The position numbers and the translations under genes were made by a program. From the NCBI GenBank assembly GCA_964304625.1, contig OZ199840.1, forward strand, positions 2,210,532 through 2,274,531: DNA of 64,000 bases, given 5' to 3'. A model generated the notes under the pieces. It saw nothing but the letters and a program-made list of their open reading frames with translations. It was not told the DNA's origin and did not search any database. The first letter of the stretch is position 1, and the number at the start of each line of letters is the position of its first letter. Positions 12,210-25,631 of the stretch are shown one piece after another. The stretch comes from Kudoa neothunni (lineage: Eukaryota > Animalia > Cnidaria).

Positions 12210-14783
12210 TTATCTGATTCCTTTGCTTGAAGCCACCTTTTTGCGGTAAATAACCAAGTAATAAAATAATCCTGCAGCTACACATAGCATCACTCCAACA
12301 ACAGATCCCCTATTAAAATTGTTAACATCCCAATTCAGCACAACTTTACGATATAATTCCAGCCACTTTCATACTAAATCTATGTTAGCTTATTATAAAA
12401 AATATATTTTTACTGATTAGAGTCTGCTTTTGCAATAACATCAGGTGCTAAATATACCATTTTTTAAACTATACTTCATATAATAATATATTTACTAAAA
12501 AATATATTATTATAGAAATATGAACAAATTATTTACCCTTTGGTTGCAGCACGCGTGACTTTAGTCGTCGATGGAGCTAATTTTCAAATATTAAATAATT
12601 GTAGAAAAAATTTAACTGATGTTTACTAAATATTTATTTATTAATTCATTAATTTACTAAAAATTATTACCTTGTAGTATCTGCCCCAATCTCATTTTCT
12701 ATATATTGTTTATATTTCCAATAAACGTTTAAAAATACCATTTCTCACAATATATATTGTATCTCCATGCATGTATTTTTCAGGTTTAACTACTAATTTG
12801 TACGACTTTCCGGGTGAGACATCTGTGTATACGATTGAATTGCATTTTGTTTCGCAAGTTTTATCAGTCTCAAGGCACGGCTTTCCCACTTTTGTGGGGT
12901 TTTTAAAGTCTGTAATATCAATCAATGTATTGTAACATTTTATTTTTGACATATCTCTCGAAGGGTTCATTTCTCCAACAAAAGTTATGCTCTTGCCATT
13001 AAACGAATGTGTTATGGATAATGTTGCACCATCTAACGAAAAAGTTAAATTGAAAAATAAAACAAAAACTACCTGTTATCAATTCAGTAACTTCTTTATC
13101 ACTCTTTGTGCTATCAAATTTTATTAACAAGGAATATTTTGTCCCGCGCTCCAACCTTTCGAGTTCAACTAGCTCAGAACACATTATTCTGCAAGGGAAT
13201 CTTCCATTGCAATATGCGTCAGTGTAAACGTTTTCCCATTCATTCTTTATTTTAGTTAAGCAAGCAATTTTATCGATGTTCTGAGCAATTGGCTGGAATT
13301 GCATTCTTGTATCCATAATGTTTACATTAATACTTTCAGGTTGGACTGCATCTCCGCCTAAATACTAATCTAAAATATTCATTAAAATAGATCAACTTGT
13401 TTTAAAGTAATATTCAAATGTTGTTTTATCTGATTCATTGTTTTTTGCATCCACTATTATGATATAAGCTGTTCCAGCACTTAAGTTGGAAACGCTTTTA
13501 ATGTCACAAGTAGCGGAGCACGCTGAACCTGAACACAGTGCTCCTGTTTTGGCGCTAACAATTGGATCAAGAGCCTTCCTTACACTAAGTGTACAACTAT
13601 TAGCTACGTCTGTACCAGTCGAGGATTTCATAGTTGATAAATCAAGTGTAAATCCGACGTTTAAAGGATTTGTTGGAGCTATTCCATTATTCACCACTAC
13701 ATAAAAGTTAATCGGGCTCTTTTTTAAATTTAGATACTTGTGTAGGTCTTTGTTTGAGCTTCAGTCTTGGTTACTTCACGAATATAGACGGATGCCTGTT
13801 GATAATTGGCATTAGCATTCATCACAACCTCAGTACATGGATGAATACATGACGTCGAGCTTTTTCCACAGCTTACTACAAATGCATTATTCTGTTCAGT
13901 TTGACCTTTTATTTTAAATTCACAGAGCTTATCGGGTTTCCGATTCAAAATAGTAATAGTAGTTTTTGCTTGATCCTCTTTTTTGGTCACTTTGAAGAAA
14001 AATTCGGAATGTTCGGAAGCCTTTTTTGTGTATTTATTATTGATATAATAAACGAAACTAGGAAAGTAATCTCCACATTCTAATGTATAATCGAACCGGT
14101 AGGTTATTAAACTTGCTTTCAAACTAGACTGCTCTGCTGATTCACAATTTTCAGCATCCCCTGAATTCACAATCTCTAACCCATCTGAGGTCAGTTTGCA
14201 CTGTGTGATAGGGCAAACCATGTTATATGTAAACTTAACATTTTCGTGTTCGTTTCCCACAGTTATAACATGATTCAGAACGTAGCCTAAGTAAAATTAA
14301 GATTATCCAAAAATTAAATTTCATTTTCTAGTATAATTACTTTTTGGTATCACAAAAACCTTTTTGAATGTGGGATTAGATACAGCGTTCCCTGCTGTAT
14401 CGGCAAATTTAACTAAAACAAATGTTGCAGAAAAAGAAGCTACTTTCACCTCCAGATTTTCTGTACTGCATGCTACAACGCATTTACTGTTTGTTTCAGT
14501 TCCTTCACATGAAAAATCCTCGTAAGTCAATTTATTATCTTTGTTGATTTTTGAAATTTGCATGTAACATTTTTTATTAGCATCAAAACCTTTTAGCGAT
14601 ATTTTAATTTTATCTCTATTGTTCGTCCCTTTATTTAAGCCAAACTCAAGGTAGTTTGATTTTGTCGTTGGTGCAGCAATTATCGAATCTAAAACGTATT
14701 CACGTGTGTATATGTAATACTATTTAACAAAAATTACAAAGTATGAATGTTGAAAAAGTTAAAACTGATACAAAAAGTCGCAT
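12210..14783 (-). CDS. Orphan single-pass type I membrane protein with about 6 tandem Cys-containing FN3-like domains
   Basis: Signal peptide MRLFVSVLTFSTFILYSIIA. Large exons (ORFs 14321-14563, 13730-14260, 13392-13697, 12999-13316, 12710-12970) join in frame through phase-1 introns of about 40-54 nt. Repeated C...C-x(3-7)-C-x3-C pattern followed by NLSAGTAY / RLERGTKY / DVSPGKSY. Then a T-rich stalk, TM VAGIISGSVVGVMLCVAAGLFYYLVIY, tail RKKVASSKGIR-stop. Confidence 0.85.
12448..12537 (-). other. Putative [D1,2] stwintron (nested twin intron) 2
   Basis: G(12537) + inner intron GTAAAT...TTTAG (12536-12495, 42 nt) + TAAAT...TTTAG (12494-12448). Inner removal creates donor GTAAAT and a 48-nt outer intron. 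This restores the frame RAATKAPDVIAK. Confidence 0.7.
12577..12671 (-). other. Putative [D1,2] stwintron (nested twin intron) 1
   Basis: G(12671) + inner intron GTAATA...TTTAG (12670-12626, 45 nt) + TAAAC...ATTAG (12625-12577). Inner removal creates donor GTAAAC and a 50-nt outer intron. This restores the frame ENEIGADTTTPSTTK. Confidence 0.7.
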
Positions 14784-15708
14784 TATGAATAAAACGGACT
14801 TGATACGATATGTCATTCACGAATACAACTCGATTCAATTGACAATGAATTTTCCGACAAGTCGTTAAAATAATGGAAATTTATAAAAATAAAACTCATT
14901 CTTTATCAATTACATATGTTTTCATTAATTAAAATAAATTTTAATATTTTACTTATTACAACCCTAAGTATTACTTACACGGGAAGAAATTTCCAAATCG
15001 TATGAGTTTATAAAATAGCTCCTATCCTTATCTACTATATATATATATATATATATATACCGGCTTTTTCGAGCTTTACTGCCAATTTGTCAAGCATTAT
15101 ATCATCAGTGTATCAAGCTTTAACGATGCTGTTAAATTATACTATTAAATTAACCATATATGTACAAGAATTTTCCCGTATTATGTTTACTTTTTGTAAA
15201 AATAATAAGAAATTATATTTTTATCTATTTTTCTAACTTTTAAATTAAGCTTCCACCTCAAACAGAGTCACATTAACGAACCATTAGATTGTGGTAAGCA
15301 CAAATTATAATATATCTGATAATATACTTAGTCCAAATTTGATAATGAGTTAATTAGCTAACTTCGTTATTTAAAATAAATAGATATAAATATTATAGCA
15401 GCGTTAACAGTAATGAGGTCAAACTTGCGTAAACATTTCGTATACACATTTGTGGTCACGCGGTGATTGCATACTCGAGCTTTACTATAATATTGAAATC
15501 AAATTAATATCCTAAAGAATTAAATATGAGCGGTAAGATTTATAATAGTTTTAGAATTTAAATATTATCCATATATATTAATGAGACAACAGTGAAAATT
15601 CTCAACATAAAGCGAAAACTCGCCGGCGCAAGCGCGAAGCCCATAACTCTAATTAATATTCTCCGAAATTATGGGACGACAAAAAATGCAAACACATAAT
15701 AAATAAAA

Positions 15709-16725
15709 CTAAATTAATTTCCAATTATAAGTTTTTGCTATACTCTCTAGATAGAACAATCCATAATATCGGTGATAATTCGATGCTATTTCCTTCAGTT
15801 TGGTAAACTTCTCCTCTTTCTTTAAATTTTCAGATGATGAAGGATTGCACATCAGAAAATTTATATCTTGTTCAATAAGGCTCTGAGTCTCTTTTAATTT
15901 TTCAATGAATATTGGTAACCCAGGATGCGCTTGATCAAAACGGCCATAAAAGTGACGATGAAAATTCTCAGCAGCATTAGTTGTTAGATCAGTTCCATCC
16001 ATCAGTCTTTCATACGCGTTCCATGATAAATTTGGAATAAAATTTTTTTCGAAATAGGTGACAAATGAGGATAATTCATTTATCTCAAGATTCTTGGATT
16101 TTTGCTTTAATTTTTCAAATTCGTGTTGTATTTTATCGGGCGGTACAAAGGCTAATGATGTAAAACATTTGACAAACAGGCGAAAATCAGAATCATCGCA
16201 ATATCTAGTTTTCAAACCTAAATTTTGGATTTTCCTCTATATGCATTGTCCAAAATGGAACAAACAATGAAATATGTTGGAATGTTTTGATGCTTTTTTA
16301 AAAGCATTGAAAACAGGACGTTCGAAATCAATTATAATGCTTTTAGGAAATCGAATGTTAGCCTTGTTTTTTAATATCAACAAAACCCATTCATAGCTCT
16401 CCTGGGATTTATCAGCCATCAAGACAAAAATCAACGGAAAAAATCTACCAAATATTTTACCGTGGATTATGTATACTTGATAAAATTCATTAGGGGCCGC
16501 ATTAAATGTGCCATCAGACACCCACGTTTCACAATTATTTAGAAGCAGTATATTATTACCTGTCGTGAATATTATAATTCTATTGGTCGACTTGGACCCA
16601 GAATCATACAAACAAAACTGTTCTTGCCTATGCGTAACAATGTTTTGTTTGCTTAAATCGATTTCCAGGTCTACAATAACATGATTTCTCTTTCGAGCGT
16701 TTTGGATGTTTTTGAAAATATTCAT
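15709..16725 (-). pseudogene. Mutator-like (MULE) transposase with one in-frame stop
   Basis: Motifs WVSDGTF, YQVYIIHG, IIIDFE, CLFHFGQCI and TTNAAENFH. The two ORFs are in frame, separated by a TAG at 16237 (QCI*RKIQ; Trp expected). Confidence 0.9.
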
Positions 16726-19700
16726 GTTTTTGTCTTGTTTTCTATGTTCAAAAAGTCGATATTAACATAAATGGACAAATAAATCATTCCAATAACGATT
16801 AGTTAGTTATTTAAGAATTCATTAGATAAACTGATATTTAGCACACAACATTTTCTGAATTTAGTTAAGACAAAATTTTAATAATTGAATAATTTTGATA
16901 TAAAAATTAATTAAATTCGCTAACATGGAGATTTGAAATTTGATAAGGATTATTTGACGATAAATTCAAAAAATTATATATTTCATTTATGGCATTTGAA
17001 TAATTCTATGTTCACATTCTGAACAAAATATTATATTTACATAAAATCTGTTATTAAATGCTATTAAAAATGTTTTTTCATCGTTTCAAATTTTTTACAT
17101 TTACTCAAATAGAGTAGTCCAGAAAATTGTGTATGATACTTAACAATCTTAATTGGAATTATCTATATAACTTTAAAAATCGTCTGTTTTATACATTGAT
17201 AACTGTGGTATTATATTTATTATTTTATGACAAATGTAACAGTTTATAATTTTTTTAGAAGATAATTGACACACTAAAACGTCAACATTCAAAATTAAAA
17301 ACTAAACGTCATGTTTTAGCATAATAAGTCGCAATGAGATTTAGATTTCATCGATTGGATATGAACAAATTGATTTGTTCAGTTTGTAAAATGTAGCACC
17401 ATTATAATGAGCACTTAAACTATCTTTTTGGTCAAATAATTATCTTCAAAAATAATTTAAGTGATTTAATATAACGAATACGTTAGAATATGTGACAAAT
17501 AATGAGATTGGAAATTTTTTGTAACCAAAAGGGAGATAACACGTGGGGACGATTTTGCTCTCCATATTTATTTATTTTATTAATAAGAATCGTAAAAAAT
17601 TAGCGACAAAAAAGATGCGCAAGGTGGTGTTTTTCAGGTGTCACAGGCTTTATAATTACCGGTTTAGCTATGACAGAGTCTATTTGCACAATAACTTCTA
17701 ATTATAAGAGATGTACACCTGTGCAATGCCTATTTTTAATCCCATGAACTCTTATTCACAAACTTTCTACAAATTTTAGTTTTTAGTTTTTGCTAGATTA
17801 GACTATTTCTATTCCAATTCTTTGCTCTTAGGATAAAAAATAATTAAAAATTGTCGAAACTAGTGACATTTACATATTGATTACAATATAAATAGCCATT
17901 TTAAGTATTATTGTTAAGTTTATCACTAAAAAATAAACGAGCCACATAAGAAAGAGACTGATCATAGTTTTATAATCAATTTAAAATATTTATTCAAAAA
18001 AAAATTATGAGCATTTGTTCCAACTTCTTATTGAGTTTAATAGCCTTGAATAATCTAATTCCTTAAAATCTTTATGTACATCATAAACTCTTTTACGCAA
18101 AAATTGCCTCTATCAAATTTCGATATCACTTAATTTATTCATTTCATTTAAAATATGTCCCTAGGGGGTAATTTTACACCAATTGAGGACCGCTGATCTA
18201 GATGATTCATTTTAACTTTGTGTGCATACTTAGTCAATCCGACTTGTTGAGCCTGGTTGTAAGTTACAAACAAACAAATAAACAGAAAGAAATTATTATA
18301 TAAAATAAGGTTTTAATTCACAAGCTAAGTATGTAGTTTTTTATAATGATTGTCGTAGACATATCAGCGACATATTTTACAATATTTGCAACTTCTAACT
18401 ATGCCAAAAAGACAAAATGCAAAACCGGGACTATCCCTCGCCAACGATCATTACCGAGATACTGTTATTAAGCCTACAAAGTTCAAAAAATTTTAAATAA
18501 TAATAGGAAACGTTTTTGTATGAATTAATACGAAGTTCTGGCAAAATATGTCGTAATTTATAATGTATAGGCACGATTTTATAGTTCCTACAGATTGTTG
18601 AGCAGATGACTAATTAATAAATTTGTATTCATAGTTTTTAATGTAATAATAAGGTCCCAATTTTATTAATTAATGATAGATTTTTATACTATAAAAATTC
18701 TAATTTTCATATGAAAATTCATTCACCTAATTTTTGGTCTTTGTAGCATATAACCGCGTATTTTACACACTTGTTGTAATAGTTACTTAGTTATTATTAA
18801 ATATTTTATGATAAAATTATTTAATTATTAAGATGAAAAAACACCTAATGGATATCTTAAACACAACATTGAATTTGCGAGCCATAAAGAGGGATCAAAT
18901 AATCGTTGATTGAACTTCGAGTATCATAGAATTTTACGATAAATGGAAAAAATTACACACGAATGATTGAAAAATTACGAATAAACTTTATTATAATTCA
19001 ATTGAGTAGTTTATTATTTTTTTCTCGCGACTGCAATCACACTAAAACCCCTTAGTCTTCATACTGCTTTAAGCTCTTTAGGAAGTGTAAAATTCGCAAA
19101 AAATGTAAGAAAACCCACTGAAACTAAAATCTTAGTATTTGAGTAGATTTTGTTGATTTTATATTGCCTGATAAATTCGTCCATTATGATCTAATTGGAT
19201 CCCAATTCTTTTAAAATGCAAATTAAAATCCTCAACTTTTGACTGTCAAGCTCAGTACACATTTTCTGATAATAATCTTAATTTCTAACGAAGATTATTT
19301 TTGAAGAATTTCTAGTACCAAATCTTTTAGTTCACATGCGATATTATATATAGAAAGCAATATCTCCAACTCAAAAATTTTCAAAACGTGAAATTTCCAC
19401 ATAAATAGTTTAAAATAACTTCCTTTTCTATAAATAATATATGCACTACTTATATGACTCGCTTGATAGGAAATCGTTAACTGTTAGGTATTGGGGAACA
19501 CTGAAGAAAATTTAATGTAATTGAGGGTTAAAAAAATAAATTCTGAATATTGAGCTTTATTATCTTGATTCCAGTAATTTTTAGGTTGCATCTACACACA
19601 ATATTTCTATAAAAAATAAAAACCTTCATCTCATCCTCTATAAATATTATTGCACAAAGTTCTAGCCGCTCTTACATTCATTGGTCTATTACAGTAATGG

Positions 19701-21049
19701 TTGTTAAAATAACAAATGTGCTAAATATAACAATATTTAAATCCCCATTAAATTTTTTGGAAGGGAATACGTTTGACATGAATAATTTTGTTAATCTCTA
19801 TTATCAAATAAACATAATTCATAATAAGTATTACAAATTATGTAAGTTAATTTTCATAACATTTTTACATTTCTTTTCAGAGTTATCCATTTTACAGCAC
19901 CCTAAAAGGTCAGGAAAAATATCTTTTAACGAACAAAAAAATGTATGTATATATATATATATATATATGTATGCACATACAGGTTGTGTACTTATAATAG
20001 ATTTGAAGATGGATCATCGAATTAGGGCTCCAAACAGCCTAGAAATAATCCATTGTGATGACATAAAATCAAAAATTATTTCAACGGTCACTATGTATAT
20101 ACACAAACTGATATTTTAGAATTTTAAGTCACCGAGTTTTATCGTAAAATCTATATAGTAAATGTTAACGCGAAAATTTAAAATTTAATAGGAAAAAATA
20201 TGGTTAAGTAATAAACAAAATGATAGGTCGAAGTATCCTCAGAATTAGAAGAAATTCGTTTTTGTGGTAATAGCCACTGCCTATAATAATACCGCAATAA
20301 TATAAACAACCACCGTTTTATACTCAAAGTCAAACTCTTACGTGTCGTTAGTTGAACTTTTAGAGTTGGTGTAAAACAATGCAGAATCGTTGTTTATATG
20401 TACCAAAGATGTTAGTTGAAGAGTATTCATAAATGGAAACTTGATTACCGTAACTATCCTAATCAACTATCTACTGTATACATAAAGCTGAAGTGTCCGT
20501 ACGTGTGTGACGACATGTACACATGTGTGTCAACATTTATTCCTTAAAGAGAGACACATGAAATTTTTCCAAACTCACAATGTTTCAAAAAATCTTCAAA
20601 TCATTTTCACACTATCAAATATACCCAAAAGTGTTTAGAAAATAGTGATTTTGTCGATTCAAAGTTTGTTTATCGGATTACTTGAGTTCAAAAATTGGAT
20701 TAACAGCTGCCATCTGACTTTGTATATAAATTTAGTGTGTAATTGTAGGTGTTCGTGCAGATACACCCCTTATTTGTGGAGTTTTAACATATTTCACTTG
20801 ATAAACACATTTGGAAGGTTCTATTAATGGTTTTAGATATAACAAAAAATCTATATATGTTTCATGAATATCGAATTGGCGAACAACGTTAAAATTATAT
20901 TGATTGAAGCATTATAATGGAAATACGGTGTCTGTAGATTTCATTGAAATCTTCCGCTAAGTTTAATTTTCCGTGATTGAATTCAGTGCACACAATGTAT
21001 TTTTATTCCATTTTATTATTTAAAATAGTTGGCTTGATATTGACGCGAT

Positions 21050-21280
21050 TCGTACGCGTGTTTGAGAAAGAGCGCATTAAAGTTTATGCTGGGCCAAGAG
21101 ATAATAATTTGACTTTGAAAAATCTCGGGATCACAAAATAATGTTTTAAATAGCACTTTAAGGGAATTTAAATAATTCGGGGGTGCAAATCAAATAGGAC
21201 ACTGACGTTAAATTATTCACTTTTGGCGTTGGGCCAAAAATTTTTGAATGAATGCTGGGATTGGTACACTCCTTCACTGA
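21050..21280 (-). repeat. Dispersed repeat, probable DNA-transposon (hAT-like) end, homologous to 41906-42090 in inverted orientation
   Basis: Reverse complement CAGTGAAGGAGTGTACCAATCCC matches CAGTGCAGGGATGTACTAATCCC at 41906. An internal CC(G/A)GATTTTTCAAAG block is also shared. Confidence 0.45.
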
Positions 21281-21306
21281 AATGATCATAATTTAAGTTT
21301 CATATT

Positions 21307-21420
21307 TGTTATGTATTTAAATTGCACCAGAGAAGACAGCAGTGAATAGAACTGAACACACACGTGTGACCGAACCGGGACGATTAGTATTAAATACTAA
21401 ATGTTAGCAACTACGTGACA
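21307..21420 (-). repeat. 3' LTR (114 bp)
   Basis: TGTTATGT...CGTGACA, 113/114 identical to 25632-25745. Polypurine tract adjacent at 21421-21431. Confidence 0.97.
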
Positions 21421-21447
21421 CCTCCCTTCTTAGGAAGATAGATGTCA

Positions 21448-24400
21448 CTACCTTTGAGCGTTGAAACATTTATTTCTTTGTTCCCGTATTCTAATAGACA
21501 TTCTAGGCTGAGATTTAGATGATGGGTTATCGGCGTATTCTTTGCATGTGCTAGGAGTATAATGTGAAAGAATATCGTTCAACTTGTGATTTGGGTTTGT
21601 AATGTCTAAGATATCATTAGCACTAGCATCTTCATTATCTATGATTGTTTTTGATTTAAGTGCAGCAGCTCTAGGTCTTAACTGGTGTAGGTGCCTTTTT
21701 ACAGTAGTGTCACTAGCATCAAATTTAATTGTGAATAAGCGTTTTCCGTGCGTTGCAACGATTGTACTAGGAACCCAGATGGGTTTAGTATTAGGGTTGT
21801 TTTCAAATTTGAGTGCATAACATGGAGTGCCAGAAGAAAAATTCCCACTACTATCATAAGGGGATTGAGCTGAGTTCCTAGGTGTTTTGTTAGTTTGGCT
21901 GTTAAGCAAACACGTCGTATTGTTGGGTAGTAAAGTAAGGCGTCAATTTCAGTTCTTATTTGCCGACCATTTAAGATTTCACTAGGTGATAATCCGCATT
22001 AGAAAGAGGGATTCTTCTGTACTGTCTAAGGAATTCTTGCAGTGCTGCTTTAGGAGGTAAGGTAGACTTTCGAAGGGATTGTTTAAAGCTTTGAATTAAA
22101 CGTTCAGCAGATCCATTTGTAGCAGGGTAATATGGTGCTCCGGTAAGATGAATGATACCTTTACTTTTGCACCAAGACTGGAATTCTTCCGATTTGAAAG
22201 AAGTGGCATTTTCAGACACTATTGAGAGAGGGTATCCAAAGTGGGCAAACGTTTCCTCTAATAGTGCAATAGTTGCTTTTGAAGACGTAGATGAAGTCAT
22301 TTGGACGCAGGGATATTTTGAATATGCGTCTATTGTAACTAGCCAGTTTGATCCTTTAAAATTGATGGCATGGTCGACATAGACTCTACTCTAGGGTGAT
22401 GTTGGAAGCATCCAAGGGTGTAACAATGGTTTCGAGGGTATTCTTTGATGCTCACAGCAAGAAATGCAGTTTTTACACAGGACTTCAATATCCTCATCAA
22501 TCTTGGGCCAATATACCGCCGATCGAGCCAGTTGTTTCATCTTTACCATCCCTGTCCCTGATGGAGTAAATCCAAAACTTGTTGTCGCATTTTTCTAGGG
22601 ATAACTACTCACATCCCATATAGAAGACAACCGTTGATTGTAGCAAGGAAGGGTTCGATTTTTTTGAACGACTTGGCAATATCCGGAAACTCTCTCGGCC
22701 AACCTTCCCTGGTGAATCGTATGATGGTTGCAATTTCAGGATCACTCTCGGACAGTTTCCTGAGTTTGTTCGGACAATTTTGTGCCACTTGTGAGCTAAT
22801 CGTTTCGACAGCGCATACTACTTCTCTATCATCGCTTTCTTTCTCTTGATCGAATACAATGTCGTTAGAGGTGGGCAATCGACTCAGCACATCAGCGTTA
22901 CCCGTGATTCTGAGTATTTCTATACTCAATAGTCATAGTCGAATTGACTAAGCATTAGTGACCAGCGAGCTAAACGGTTTGCTGCCAGCGATGGTGTCGG
23001 TTTATTTGGGCCTAAAAGCGTCAACAAAGGCTTATGGTCAGTTACTAGGATAAAATTTCGCCCATATAAATATTGATGAAATTTATTCAAGGCGAATACG
23101 ATCGAGAGCGCTTCTTTTTGGACTCGGGAATACTTTTTTTGTGTGTCTGTTAGGATTTTGGATACATTAAGAATAGGTCTTTCATCTCCATTTTGATAAC
23201 GGTGGAAGAGGACAGCTCCAATCCCAACATTTGAAGCATCGCATGAGATACCTATCTTCTCCTTTGGATCGAAATGAGCAAGAATCAAATCCGAGTTGAG
23301 CTTATCTTTGAGGTGATTGAAGGCATGATTTTCTATGGATGTCCATTTCTATTTTGTTGCTTTCCTCGTCAATTCATAGAGTGGATATGCAATTGAAGCC
23401 ACATCAGGTATAAACTTATTGTAGAATTGCATTGAACCTAAAAATGAACGGAGTTCGTGGATATTCCGCGGCGTGGGTAGATCTTTTATTGAATCAACAT
23501 TGGGGCCATGGGATATTCCATCAATGGATATTGTGTGGCCCAGGTATGTGACCTTCGGCTGAGCGAAAAAAACATTTACTACGGTTACAACGCAGTCCTT
23601 TATCTTGAAGACGTTGAAGAAGGTGCTCAAGACTACTCAAATGATCATCTGCATCTTTTCCACTGACTAATAAGTCATCAAGATAGACCACCACTCCTTT
23701 AAGGTCAGATGTAATCGCGTTCATGATTTCTTGAAAGTAGCCAAGCGCGGATTTAATTCCGTAAGGTAAGCGTTTTTGAAGGAAAACTCCACGATGCGTA
23801 CTGAGTGCGAATTTCTTTTGACTTTCCGGGCTAAGTTCAATTTGGTTATAGGCGTCAGCTAAGTTGACCTTCGAGAGATAATAGCTGCCTCCAAGCCGGC
23901 GCATTAAGTCATCAGGCAGAGGACGTGGATGTCGATGGACTTCTAGCTGCTGGTTAATTGTGGCACTGTAATCTCCACAAACTCTAATTTTTCTTTGACC
24001 TGCTTCGTTGGGAGCTCTCCGGATTGGAACGACCGGGGTGCCGTAATCGTTGAAGTCAATGACTTCCCAAATACCTTTGGAAATACCAGCATCATATGCT
24101 TGGTTAAGGTCAATTTGTAGTGCGAACGGTACAGGTCTCGGTTTGCAGAAAATAGCTCTCGAGTCCTCTTTAAACTTGATGTCCAATTTTACTCCTTTTA
24201 AGCAGCCAAGCTCAGGCTTTCCATAAGTCCTTAAATTTATTGTAGATTTGTTTACATTTGTCATTTAATGACTTCTCATTATGGTTTCTTGAAAGAATCA
24301 AGTTGACATTATCATTTACTTTGCTGGTATCAAAAATAAGCTTGTCGATTGATATCGAGTTATCTTTAATTGAAGTCAGACTTATAATGTTCAGATTATC

Positions 24401-25603
24401 TTGTTTTGCGGCATTAAAAACGACGACTGATTTTTTTTTGTGTTAGGGAAAACACATTGAAGCTTGCAGGAGCCGATGGTAGGTAAGGGAAGTGAAGTTG
24501 CCGATATGTATAAATTTTCTGATGGAAGAAGCTTGGGTTTTCCCAGTCGTCTCCAGTGATCCACAGATATAAAATTGTCTTTTGATCTAGTGTCGACCTC
24601 AAACAGTATAGGCTGGTTTTGGACAATCACTTTCATCATTATTTTCGAAAACTTTTTGGAAGTCACTTTCGAGATGCTCTCTATGTTAGTAACACGCTTT
24701 TCTCTCCTTTTAGTAAAACAGTTGGACTCGATATGTTCATCCTTATCACAATATTTACACTTGGAGTCTCTGAAACGGCAATTCTTTCTTTCATGATTAG
24801 TTTTGCCACAACTGACACATGGTCTCATTTTTCTTCGCTGTGGGGATCTTTCAGTGACCAAATTTTTTTTTTGCAACTCTGTGAACCTCCTCGTTCGTTT
24901 CCTCAAGCTGAGCTTTTACTGTTTTTGAGGCTTCTTCTATTTCTGTGGCAATGTTAACCACATCTATAAAGCGAAGTGCTTCAGTCGACTTTTTGAAAAT
25001 CACCCGTAGAACCGCCTCATTATTAATCGCGCTAATGAAGCAGGTTTTCATTGCCTCATCCAAAGGATCTTCAATTGATGGAAAATCGCAGTTGGCTGCT
25101 TTACTTCGAATTCTCGCAGCTAGTTCTTTTGGAGATTCATCCGGGATACGTTTTATTTCGGTGTAGAACTTGAATCTCTCACGAATAACGAACTTTTTGG
25201 GGTCAAATTGTTTGCTCAGGATCTCGTTTATCCCATCGATCTCTAGCGAATTAATATCTTTGGGAGGATCCCACTGTGACGCTTCTGTTTGTATCAGTTC
25301 GTCGTAGGTCTCTTTTGTTTGATTAGTCAAAAAGATTAGAGCTCGTCGTTCACGAGCTATTGTGTTAGCTTTGAAGAATGTGTTGAACCGAGCCCAATAA
25401 GCTTTCCAAGTCTCAGTGGTTGGGTCAAATGACGGGAAGCTGTAGCATGTTTGCAGCGAGGATATCTTAGCCTGGTTCTCCTGCAATTTCTTTAATACAC
25501 TTTGAACTTGGTAGAATTGTGCCTCCATTTGCTTTTGGTGTCGGAGCTCGGATGATTCCATTTGGTCGTGTAGGAGTTTAATGAGTTGTGTGAACTCCGT
25601 CAT
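21448..25603 (-). pseudogene. gag-pol polyprotein of the Gypsy element (frameshifts and stops)
   Basis: Gag with two CCHC knuckles (CVSCGKTNHERKNC, CKYCDKDEHIESNC). Protease FEVDTRS. RT RVCGDY...YLDDLL. RNase H CDASNVGIG...TDHKPL. Integrase IVDAYSKYP...NGSAERL. Broken into at least 8 ORFs. Confidence 0.93.
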
Positions 25604-25618
25604 TTCGTTTCTTTAAGT

Positions 25619-25628
25619 CTCGTCGCCA
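25619..25628 (-). promoter_or_regulatory. Primer-binding site, probably tRNA-Ser(GCU)
   Basis: TGGCGACGAG lies 3 nt inside the 5' LTR. It is complementary to the ...CUCGUCGCCA 3' end typical of metazoan tRNA-Ser(GCU). Confidence 0.75.
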
Positions 25629-25631
25629 ATT

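Noticed and set aside
15709-23351. Non-standard genetic code suggested by TAG at Trp positions in TE ORFs
   Set aside because: Both host genes translate cleanly with the standard code. TGG-to-TAG changes are ordinary decay in dead elements.
21448-25603. Near-identical LTRs despite many internal lesions as a paradox, or programmed frameshifting
   Set aside because: One mismatch in only 114 bp is compatible with many mutations over 4.2 kb, and homopolymer assembly errors are possible.
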